64,000 nt of DNA from the NCBI GenBank assembly GCA_044344255.1, contig JBIJDH010000022.1, forward strand, positions 32,001 through 96,000, given 5' to 3'. This document shows positions 27,879 through 36,280 of this stretch, in pieces; position 1 is the stretch's first letter, and every line of letters begins with the position of its first letter. Below the pieces are notes generated by a model that saw only the letters and a program-made list of their open reading frames with translations, was not told the origin of the DNA and searched no databases. The position numbers and the translations under genes were made by a program. This stretch comes from Myxococcota bacterium (lineage in GTDB: Bacteria > Myxococcota_A > UBA796 > UBA2385).

Positions 27879-28771
27879 GCGCGCCTCTCGCCCTGTCCCT
27901 CAGCCTCTCGCTCCTCCTCGCCGGCTGCCTGTCCGCAGAGGCCACCGAGCGGCTCGGCAAGAGCCCCCACGGCGCCAAGGACGGCTGCGTGGCCTGCCAC
28001 GTGAGCGGTGCGGGCGCCCAGGGCGTCGGGGCGACGAAGCCGATCGAGGCCACCTGCCGCTCCTGCCACCCCGACGCCGACATGCACCCGGTGGGCATGA
28101 AGCCGCGCACGGTGAAGGTCGCCGCGGGCTGGCCGCTGGAGGACGGCGTGGTCACCTGCGCCACCTGCCACGCCGAGCCCGCCCACGGCGGCGTCGCGGC
28201 CACGCTCCCCTCGCCCTGGCATCGCGGCGGCCCCTATCCCACGACCACCGCCTTCTGCGCGAGCTGCCATGACATCGCGGCGTACTCGCGACAGAGCCCT
28301 CACACGAAAGAGAAGACCCGGGATCCCAAGGGCGCCACATGCACGGCCTGTCACAGCGGCCTGCCGGTGACCGGCGCTGCCCCTTCGGCGTCCCGCACCC
28401 GGGTGCCTGCCGACCAGAGCTGCACGGGCTGCCACGAAGGGCAGATCCACGCCGGAGTGGTCGAGCACGTCGGCAAGAGCGTGAGCCCTGCGGTGCGCGC
28501 CGCCCTCCCGCCTGCGGTCGCCGTCAACGCCGACGGCACCATCGCCTGCTGGACCTGCCACGAGGTCCACGACGGCGTGACGGCCACTCACCCCAACCGT
28601 CGTGTCCTCGCCGACGGCCTCCGGAGCCGCGCCTTGAAAGAGGACTGGACCGCCTATGCGGGGTCGGCCTATCTCTGGCCCCGCGCCGAAGCGGATGAGG
28701 GTTCGGCCATGCTGGCCCTGTCGATCGACGACGGCGCGCTCTGTCAGGCCTGTCACGGAGAGGGCCCATGA
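27875..28771 (+). CDS. Octaheme c-type cytochrome lipoprotein (cytochrome c3/paired-CxxCH type)
   Basis: Lipobox LAGC, 8 CxxCH, HPVG...PL.DG.V.CxxCH pattern. Confidence 0.88.
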   Translation: MSAPLALSLSLSLLLAGCLSAEATERLGKSPHGAKDGCVACHVSGAGAQGVGATKPIEATCRSCHPDADMHPVGMKPRTVKVAAGWPLEDGVVTCATCHAEPAHGGVAATLPSPWHRGGPYPTTTAFCASCHDIAAYSRQSPHTKEKTRDPKGATCTACHSGLPVTGAAPSASRTRVPADQSCTGCHEGQIHAGVVEHVGKSVSPAVRAALPPAVAVNADGTIACWTCHEVHDGVTATHPNRRVLADGLRSRALKEDWTAYAGSAYLWPRAEADEGSAMLALSIDDGALCQACHGEGP

Positions 28772-31290
28772 CCGCCTCCATCGCCCCGCTCCGCCCGCTC
28801 CTCTTCGCCTTGCCGCTCGCGCTCGGCGCCTGCGACCTGGTCGAAGTGCCCGAGATGGCCGACCACCCGCCCCTGCACGGGGTCACCGTCGTCTCGAAGG
28901 TGAAGCTCGACGCCTTCTACCCTACCGACGTCCTGCCCACGGCCGCCGGGGCGCTCGTGATCGACGGCTACAACAGCCGCCTCCTCGCCATCGACGCCGC
29001 CGGCGCCTCCCAGGAGCTCTCGATCGACCCCGCCACCTGGGCCGGCAGCCTCCGGCTCGGCGCGGGCAAGGAGGGGCATTGGGTCTCCGACGCGGGGGCG
29101 CGGGTCCTCCTCATCGCCCCCGACGGCGGCATCCTCCGCGAGCTCGAGCTGCCCTTCGGCGCCGACGACGTCCACGAGCCCGTGGCCCTGCTCGACCGCG
29201 GCGCCGAGCTGCTCGTCACCGACCGCCAGCACCACCTCCACTGGCTCGACCCGCAAGACGGCCACTTCCTCCGCTCGGTCGACCTCGGCGCCGAGGCCCC
29301 CGCCGTGCTGACCGACCTCGTCCCGCGTACGGGCGGCGGCTTCTGGGCCACCGATCCGCTCGCCGCCCAGGTCATCGGCTTCTCCGCCGACGGCGTGGTC
29401 GAGCTCCGCTTCGGGCACCGGGGCGGCGGCGTGGGCAACCTCGTCCAGCCCAAGGGGCTCGCGGTGGTGCAAGGCGGCGTCTTTGTCGCCGACTCCGCGC
29501 TCGGGATCGTCCAGCTCTTCGATGAGAAGGGCCAATTCCGCGCCGCCCTCTCCGACTTCGGAGACAAGAAGCAGGAGGCCCCGCTCGACTTCGGCCACCC
29601 CGTCGCCGTGGAGGACGCCGGAGACGGCCGACTCCTCGTGCTCGACGCCGAGGGCCCCACCCTCTGGACCCTCGAGCTCCGGGCGCCGGCCGTCGCCGCC
29701 CGCCTGGCCCAGCCCCCCGGCCGCTGGCAGCGCAGCCCGATCCTCGAGGTGATGGACAAGGTCCCCGGCGAGAACGGAGAGACCTGCCTCCAGTGCCACG
29801 ACGGCTTCGTCAAGGACAGCCGCCGCAATTGGGATCCCACCCGCTCACACCACCCGGTCCACACCGAGGTCAAGCGCGAGCTCCCCGCCTTCTTCCCCCT
29901 CGACGACAAGGGGCAGCTCGCCTGTGAGACCTGCCACAGCCCCCACGGCGAGGTCAACCCCAAGCAGGCCATCGAGGCCAAGACCGAGGAGGAGCGCGCG
30001 CAGCTCAAGCGCCAGGAGACGGGGAGCTTCACCCGCCTCTCGATGGACGACGCCTCCCTCTGTATCGCCTGTCATGCCGGCGACCCCCACGCGGCCGTCT
30101 CCGAGCAGCTCGGCGTCGGCAAGAGCCACCTCGCCGGGCAGGCCCTCCGCGAGGCCCTCGAGCGCCGCCCGAACGCGGTGCCGGGAGAGGCCGCCCAAGC
30201 CGACCTCGGCTGCGTCGGCTGCCACGCCGTCCACGGCGGCGACGGGGAGTCCCTCTCTCGACAGACGAGCGACGGGCGGGTCTGCGCCAACTGCCACGAG
30301 TCGCAGGCCACCACGGGCCACCCCACCGGGACCCGCGCCGCCTCCCGCCCCTCTCCGAGCCTCGCCTCAGCGATCCCGCTCGACCAGCAGGGACACGTGA
30401 GCTGCATGTCCTGCCACGACCTCTCCGACGCCCGGGGAGAGTCCCTGCTCCGAGATCCCGCCGACGGCGGCCAGCTCTGCGCCTCCTGCCACAAAGACCT
30501 CGCCGCCACCGTGCGGACCGAGCACAGCGGCCACGGTCTCGCCTGTCAGGACTGCCACGACCCCCACGCCGGGAAGGGCGAGCACCTGCTCGACGCGAGC
30601 CTCGTCGCCGCCACCGCCCGCGCTGAGTCTGACCCCCTCGGCTGCACGAGCTGCCACGGCCCGAAGGGGAAGGGCGGCGCCGTCACCGCCCTCCACCCCC
30701 TCGGCGCCAAGGCCCCGAACGGCAGCACCGTCTCGTGCGCGAGCTGCCACACCGACGCCCACGCTCCTTCCAAGGCCCCTGCGGCCGGCTGCGCCGACTG
30801 CCACACGGAGCAGGCCCAGGCCCAGAAGGCGGGCGGCCACGCCGGGCACGGCGACGTCGCCTGCGTGACCTGCCACAACCCCCACAAAGCCAGCGCCACC
30901 GCGGGCCTCGCCCCCGCGGGCACCAACCCTGCGTCCCTCCGCTGCCTGACCTGTCACTCGGAGAGCGCCCGCGGCCAGGCCGAGGCCCCCAAGGTCGCCG
31001 CCTACGAGCACCCCGCGCCGGTCTTCAAGACCGACGGCACCCGCTGGGAGCCGCTGGGCGGCCTGCCCCTCTACGACAAGCGCGGGATCGCGGTCGGCCC
31101 GAAGGAGAACGGCGCCCTCACCTGCCAGTCCTGCCACCTCACCCACGGGCCGGCGGAGGGCGCCGAGAAGCTGCGCCGCCCCGACGGCTGGAAGGAGGCC
31201 TGCGCCTCCTGTCACGGCGCCGACAGCCTCGTGCTCTATCGGTACTTCCACCAGCCCGACCGCCGCAAGGACATCGTGGTGAAGCCGTGA
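28768..31290 (+). CDS. Lipoprotein: NHL-repeat beta-propeller fused to a 15-heme cytochrome
   Basis: Lipobox LGAC. NHL-like FG.RG...GNL.QPKGLAV...VFVADS. 15 CxxCH in the C-terminal ~500 aa. Confidence 0.88.
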   Translation: MTASIAPLRPLLFALPLALGACDLVEVPEMADHPPLHGVTVVSKVKLDAFYPTDVLPTAAGALVIDGYNSRLLAIDAAGASQELSIDPATWAGSLRLGAGKEGHWVSDAGARVLLIAPDGGILRELELPFGADDVHEPVALLDRGAELLVTDRQHHLHWLDPQDGHFLRSVDLGAEAPAVLTDLVPRTGGGFWATDPLAAQVIGFSADGVVELRFGHRGGGVGNLVQPKGLAVVQGGVFVADSALGIVQLFDEKGQFRAALSDFGDKKQEAPLDFGHPVAVEDAGDGRLLVLDAEGPTLWTLELRAPAVAARLAQPPGRWQRSPILEVMDKVPGENGETCLQCHDGFVKDSRRNWDPTRSHHPVHTEVKRELPAFFPLDDKGQLACETCHSPHGEVNPKQAIEAKTEEERAQLKRQETGSFTRLSMDDASLCIACHAGDPHAAVSEQLGVGKSHLAGQALREALERRPNAVPGEAAQADLGCVGCHAVHGGDGESLSRQTSDGRVCANCHESQATTGHPTGTRAASRPSPSLASAIPLDQQGHVSCMSCHDLSDARGESLLRDPADGGQLCASCHKDLAATVRTEHSGHGLACQDCHDPHAGKGEHLLDASLVAATARAESDPLGCTSCHGPKGKGGAVTALHPLGAKAPNGSTVSCASCHTDAHAPSKAPAAGCADCHTEQAQAQKAGGHAGHGDVACVTCHNPHKASATAGLAPAGTNPASLRCLTCHSESARGQAEAPKVAAYEHPAPVFKTDGTRWEPLGGLPLYDKRGIAVGPKENGALTCQSCHLTHGPAEGAEKLRRPDGWKEACASCHGADSLVLYRYFHQPDRRKDIVVKP

Positions 31291-31439
31291 CCGCCCCCAC
31301 CGCCACCGATCCGAGCGCCAACCGGCTCCGGACCCTCAAGCTGTCGCTCCTCGCCTTCATCCTCGGCTTCATCGCCGTCGGTGGGGTCGCGATGAACATT
31401 CGGTTTCTGTGGAACGCCTATCTGCACGGGGGCCTCTAG
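31287..31439 (+). CDS. 50-aa single-pass membrane peptide
   Basis: GTGA overlap with the upstream stop and TAG/GTG overlap with the downstream gene. Hydrophobic LSLLAFILGFIAVGGVAM. Confidence 0.65.
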   Translation: MTAPTATDPSANRLRTLKLSLLAFILGFIAVGGVAMNIRFLWNAYLHGGL

Positions 31440-32242
31440 TGTCAGCCCATCCTGAACCCTCCGAGGGGGCCGCGGGGACCTCCCTCCTCGGCGCCCCCTT
31501 CCGCTGGCTCCGCGACACCTTCCGCTTCCTCGGCGCCCACCCCTCGAGCTTCGCGGTGGTCGGCGTGGCGCTCGCCGCCGGCGCCCTCGCTGGCGTGCCC
31601 ATGCACGAGAAGGGCTACGACTACATGTGGCGGGACGCGCGCTTCTGCGACGACTGCCACGTCCACGACTATGCGAACGAGGCCTGGGCCACCTCCATCC
31701 ACGGCGGCGTGACCACCTGTCACGACTGCCACCGGGTGCCCATCCGCCACTACCCGCGCAACCTCTTCGTCACCGTCTTCGACGCGCCCCAGTCTGAGGC
31801 CGACATCCACCGCCCCGAGGTGGGCACCCAGATCTGCAGCCAGTGCCACCTGCGCGAGGAAGGAGACGAGCCGCTCACCGGCCCCCTGCCCGAGGCGGTC
31901 CGACAGAAGCTCGTCAAGGTCGACGACAGCCCGCTGCACAAGGTCCACATGTCGGCCACCTCCCGGCTTCCCTCCGCCTACCAGCGCGGCAAGGAAGACC
32001 AGACGGGCGGCACCGCGCTCGAGGCCAGCGACAAGAGCCACGAGGGCGCCGCCGGGGCCATCCTCTGCGCCGACTGCCACGGCGCCGGCCCGAACCGCGC
32101 CCACAGCTTCGAGGCCACGCGCGACAACTGCGTCCTCTGCCACCAGGAGTCCCAGGCCCACGCGGGCGGCGCCGCCAGCCTCGACTGCCGGGACTGCCAC
32201 CTGTCCGGCTTCCTCGCGCCTGCGGAGACCGCGGCGCGCTGA
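31439..32242 (+). CDS. Membrane-anchored hexaheme cytochrome, NapC/NirT-like N-terminus
   Basis: N-terminal TM segment, then FCDDCH......W..S.H....CHDCH (NapC/NirT spacing), 6 CxxCH in total. Confidence 0.8.
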   Translation: MSAHPEPSEGAAGTSLLGAPFRWLRDTFRFLGAHPSSFAVVGVALAAGALAGVPMHEKGYDYMWRDARFCDDCHVHDYANEAWATSIHGGVTTCHDCHRVPIRHYPRNLFVTVFDAPQSEADIHRPEVGTQICSQCHLREEGDEPLTGPLPEAVRQKLVKVDDSPLHKVHMSATSRLPSAYQRGKEDQTGGTALEASDKSHEGAAGAILCADCHGAGPNRAHSFEATRDNCVLCHQESQAHAGGAASLDCRDCHLSGFLAPAETAAR

Positions 32243-32289
32243 GAACATCCACGACGTGCAGCTCGTCGGTGAAGCCGGGTCCGTTGTCG

Positions 32290-32318
32290 TTGACGTGCGA
32301 TCCGAGGGCCGGTATATA
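32290..32318 (+). promoter_or_regulatory. Sigma-70-type promoter candidate
   Basis: TTGACG-17 bp-TATATA (overlapping TATACT), unusual in such GC-rich DNA. Confidence 0.55.
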
Positions 32319-32324
32319 CTGGTA

Positions 32325-32660
32325 AGCTCATCCACTAGGCGTGGAAGGAGTCACGAGTCCGCCCCCAAAGGGCGTTCTCAGCTTTTTCGGGACTGGCCGG
32401 AAGCGACGAGGCCGCTACAGTCTCCGCGCCTTTTGAGTTGTTGTCGCACTCATTTTTGTGATTCGGACCTGAGACTCACACCAGCCACCAAGCGCTCCGG
32501 TATCGCAGAGCAGTCCATCTCAGTCCGAGCTCCCTACCGCAAGCGGGGGCTCCCGAGATCCTCCGACACGGGCCACTACTCCCATTCGCCCAAGTAGAAG
32601 TCGGGCAGCAGCTCCCGGATATCGAACCTGTTGCTCGAGATGGCCCGTGTAGGGCTCCGA
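32325..32660 (+). ncRNA. Candidate structured non-coding RNA (family unknown)
   Basis: Series of hairpins and a three-way junction (32566-32575/32641-32650, 32576-32580/32593-32597, 32601-32611/32628-32638) with G-U pairs that form only on the + strand. No convincing ORF. Confidence 0.3.
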
Positions 32661-32709
32661 CCAGTCTTGCGCATCAAGCCTCCACATTCTGATGGTCCCC
32701 TCCCCACAC

Positions 32710-33340
32710 ATGCCGAGCCACCCGCGAGGGGTCCGCGTGGCGGCGCCTCCGGGTCGCCTTCGGGCTCAGCTCGGCGGCCGCCTGCGATCGACGCCCCCGC
32801 GGCGAGGGGCCCGAGGCATCCGACGCCCCCGCGGAGCACCCCGACCCGAGCGACATGGACGACGACTGGCTCTTCGCCCCCCTCCGCGTCAATCGGATCG
32901 ACCTCCGCGCGCTCTCCGAGCGGGTAGACATGCGCCGCCTCCACGCCACGCTGGCGGCCGAGTGGTACCTCGGAAACGCCGACGGGTGCGGATCGTTCTC
33001 CAACAACTACCGCCTCTACCTCCCGCCCGACGGGCCGGCGGTGCTCGCCCCCTGGGACATGGGCTCCGCCTTCCCCGAAGCGGGGCGGGACGAGGCGCTG
33101 TGGGTCGAGCCCGCCGGGAACCTCGCGGCCCTCTGCTTCGCCGATCCCGACTGCCTCCGCGAGCAGGAGGCGCGGCGGGGAGGGCTCGAGGAGACCGTCC
33201 AGCAGGCCGGCCTCGCCGAGGGCGCGGCGGCGGTCCGGGCGCGGATCCGCACCGCGGCCGAGCGAGACCCCTGGGGCGCCTGCGACCCCGACGCGGTCCA
33301 GTCGGCCCAAGCGCGGGTCCTCGAATGGTTCGACGGCTGA
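32710..33340 (+). pseudogene. CotH-kinase-like lipoprotein remnant
   Basis: ORF 32855..33340 has a CotH-like C-terminal part (EWYLGNADG....NNYRLY.....PWDM). The frame extends upstream to a lipobox-like SAAAC, but the nearest ATG (32710) is out of frame, and the ORF is far shorter than a CotH domain. Confidence 0.5.
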
Positions 33341-33375
33341 GCGCTCGGCGGGCCGCTGTTTGAGGGTGTGAGGCT

Positions 33376-36156
33376 GTGCGAAGATGCTTCGATGCCCCCG
33401 AACCGCCGCCCCCACGACGCTCCGAGCCCCGAGACTCGAGCGCCGGCGCCACGAGCACCCCGACGGATCTCGGGTCTCCGCCGACGGAGGCCTGGGGGAG
33501 GGCCGCGCTGACCACCGAGATCCGGTGGAGCCGTCGCCAGCCAAGGTCGGCGGGGCTGGAAGACCGGTCGGAAGAGAGCTGGGGCTCCATCCTGGAGGAG
33601 AGCTCGCTCGTCGGCGTGTCGGCCATCGACACACTGGCTCCCGAGGCGCCGCAAGCCATCCCCCTGGGGGCCAGGCCTGGCCTCCCCCCGAACAAGCGAT
33701 CGGCGGGCGGCGCAGCCTCATCGATGGCGGATCGGTATGAAGACCACGGTCTGGTGGGCATGGGTGGCATGGGGGAGGTGCGGCGAGTCTACGACCCGTC
33801 GCTCGAACGCATGATCGCCATGAAGCTCATCCGGCGAGACCGACAACGGGATCCTCAGCAGCTTCGGCGCTTCGCCCAAGAGGCCGTGGCCACGGCGCAG
33901 CTCGCTCACCCGGGGATCGTCCCCGTTTACGAACAGGGGGTCACGGAAGATGGTCGCCCCTGGTTCACGATGCAAGAGGTCCGAGGCGAGACGCTCTCCG
34001 CGTTGATCACCCAGCTTCACTCCACCGCCAGCGCCCGCTCGCAGGGACGCCGCCCGCCGCCGCCGGGCTTCCGGCGCCTTGTCGCCGACATCGAGCGCGC
34101 CGCGCGCACCGTCTCCTTCGCACACAGCATCGGTGTGGTCCATCAGGACCTCAAGCCGGCGAACCTCCTGGTCGGCGACCACGGCGAAGTCATGGTCGTA
34201 GATTGGGGCCTCGCGCGCGCCGCGGGAGACGGGCACGGCGGAGTGCAGGGCACGCCCAGCTACATGGCCCCAGAGCAGGCCCGGGGCGCCGCCGTAGACC
34301 CCAAGACGGACGTCTACGGGCTCGGGCTCCTGCTGTGGGAGCTGTGCGCCGGCCACCCCCCTTTCCCCGGCGTTCGAGTCGAAGACGTGCTGGAGCTGCT
34401 CCGGAGGGGGGAGGTGCCCGCTCCGCCGCTCGGCCCATGGCTGATCCCCGAAGATCTCGTGACGACGATGCGAGAGGCCACAGCCACCGATCCCGCCCGG
34501 CGTCCCCGCGACGGCGCAGCCTTCGCCGACCGCCTCCGCGCATGGTTGGACGGCGAGACCGCCCGCGAGCGGGCGCGGGCCCTCGTCGAGGCTGCGATAG
34601 CGATTGGCGAGAGCGTCCGCGACCTGCGTCGACGCGCGGAGCAGCTCCGACAAGATGCCCAGCGCCGGCTGTCCGCCAGCCAGCCCTGGGAACCTGAGTC
34701 CACCCGGGCGGATGCCTGGGAAGTGGAGGATCGAGCAAACGACCTCAGTCGCCAGGTCGCAGTGGCAGAGCGCGAGGTCGAAGCCAAACTGGAGGCCGCG
34801 CTGATCCATGACCCGGACGCCCTCGACGCACACCTCCTCCTCGCCCGACGCCTCCGCTCCCAGCAGGACGGGGCTGAGCAGGAGGGCCAACCTGAGCGCG
34901 CGGCCGCTCTGGAGCTCCGCCTGCGGCGGCACCTCAACGCGCTTCCCCCCGAGCACCCGGAGCGGGTCCAGGCGGAGTCCTGGCTCCAGGGAGACGGTTG
35001 GTTGAGCCTGCTCACCGAGCCGCCCGACGCGACTGTGGAGCTGTCTACATTCGCCCTCGCCCGGCGACGCCTCTTCCCGTCGGATGGACGTCAAATCGGC
35101 ACCTCGCCGCTCGACAAGGAGCGCTTGCCGCAAGGGAGCTGGCTCCTGACCCTGCGAGCCCCGGGCAGGGTCCCGGTGAACTACCCTGTGTTCATTCGAC
35201 GACAGGCCCATTGGGACGGCCGCCACCCCGGGAGGCCTCAGGCGGAGCCCATCTACCTCCCTCGAGAGGGTGAGATCGGGCCGGACGACTGCTACGTGCC
35301 GGCTGGTTGGACCGAGCTGGGCGGTGACCCACTCGCCCCCTCCAGCTTGCCGGCCTGCCGTGTGTGGGTGGAAGGCTTCGTGATGCGACGGTTTCCGGTC
35401 ACCAACCGAGAGTACATAGAGTTCCTCAATTATCTGGTGGTGACAGGCGAGGGCGAACAGGCTGAACGGTACGCGCCACGCAGCCGCGGTGGGAGCGTCG
35501 ATGCGTGGGGAGAGCACTACTTTGGGAGGTCGAAGGACGGGACCTTCTACCTCCAGACTGACGCGGACGGAGTGACCTGGCACCCTGACTGGCCCGTGAT
35601 CATGGTGGACCACGTGGCTGCCTGGGCCTACGCCCGCTGGGTGTCGAGTCGGACAGGAAGGCCGTGGCGCCTGCCCGTCGAGGAGGAGTGGGAGAAGGCG
35701 GCCCGCGGGGTCGACCGACGTGCATGCCCCTGGGGCGACTTCGCGGACCCCACCTGGAGCAACAACCGGCGCGCCTGGCCTGGCGTCGGAAAGATGGAGG
35801 CGGTGGGCACCAGACCAAGCGACCGCAGTCTCTACGGAGTTCAGGACCTCTCCGGCAATGTGGTGGAGTGGACGGCCAGCCGAATGAGCCACACCGGGAA
35901 CACTCCCGACGGCAGCGTCGTCGAGGTCCTGGACGGCCGAAACGAGTCAGAGCAGGCTTGGCTCGGCCGATCGGCCACCTGGCGGGTGGTGGGCAAGGGG
36001 GCGTCTCGCCTACACGATCTCGCCACGGTGCGCTCGGCGTTCCGATTGGCGATGGAGCCGTGGACCAGAGCCTCGAACGTAGGAATTCGCCTGGTCTTCT
36101 CTCTGGGTTCGACCGCCCAGGCTGCGGCCATCCGCACCCCGACTCTCTCGGCCTGA
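33376..36156 (+). CDS. Ser/Thr protein kinase fused to a formylglycine-generating-enzyme (FGE-sulfatase) domain (start uncertain)
   Basis: GMGGMGEV, AMK, HQDLKPAN, DWG, GTPSYMAPEQ. C-terminal PVTNREY, RLP.EEEWEKAARG, DLSGNVVEW, G.R motifs. Confidence 0.9.
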   Translation: MRRCFDAPEPPPPRRSEPRDSSAGATSTPTDLGSPPTEAWGRAALTTEIRWSRRQPRSAGLEDRSEESWGSILEESSLVGVSAIDTLAPEAPQAIPLGARPGLPPNKRSAGGAASSMADRYEDHGLVGMGGMGEVRRVYDPSLERMIAMKLIRRDRQRDPQQLRRFAQEAVATAQLAHPGIVPVYEQGVTEDGRPWFTMQEVRGETLSALITQLHSTASARSQGRRPPPPGFRRLVADIERAARTVSFAHSIGVVHQDLKPANLLVGDHGEVMVVDWGLARAAGDGHGGVQGTPSYMAPEQARGAAVDPKTDVYGLGLLLWELCAGHPPFPGVRVEDVLELLRRGEVPAPPLGPWLIPEDLVTTMREATATDPARRPRDGAAFADRLRAWLDGETARERARALVEAAIAIGESVRDLRRRAEQLRQDAQRRLSASQPWEPESTRADAWEVEDRANDLSRQVAVAEREVEAKLEAALIHDPDALDAHLLLARRLRSQQDGAEQEGQPERAAALELRLRRHLNALPPEHPERVQAESWLQGDGWLSLLTEPPDATVELSTFALARRRLFPSDGRQIGTSPLDKERLPQGSWLLTLRAPGRVPVNYPVFIRRQAHWDGRHPGRPQAEPIYLPREGEIGPDDCYVPAGWTELGGDPLAPSSLPACRVWVEGFVMRRFPVTNREYIEFLNYLVVTGEGEQAERYAPRSRGGSVDAWGEHYFGRSKDGTFYLQTDADGVTWHPDWPVIMVDHVAAWAYARWVSSRTGRPWRLPVEEEWEKAARGVDRRACPWGDFADPTWSNNRRAWPGVGKMEAVGTRPSDRSLYGVQDLSGNVVEWTASRMSHTGNTPDGSVVEVLDGRNESEQAWLGRSATWRVVGKGASRLHDLATVRSAFRLAMEPWTRASNVGIRLVFSLGSTAQAAAIRTPTLSA

Positions 36157-36280
36157 GGCGCTCGACGCGCGGCTGAGCGCCACCCCGCCCACCGCCCGCC
36201 CGCCCCGACCGCCGTCTCGCCGACACCACCCCGCCCCCGGGGTAGAGGGCCGGCTCCCCGCCGTGCAGGAAGGTCCGCCC

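Noticed and set aside
32325..32700. tmRNA, RNase P RNA or SRP RNA identity for the structured stretch
   Set aside because: No tRNA-like ends, no GAGGAAAGUCC and no SRP core motif found by eye on either strand.
33376..36156. Diversity-generating retroelement targeting the FGE domain
   Set aside because: No reverse transcriptase gene and no template-repeat copy of the 3' region seen in the window.
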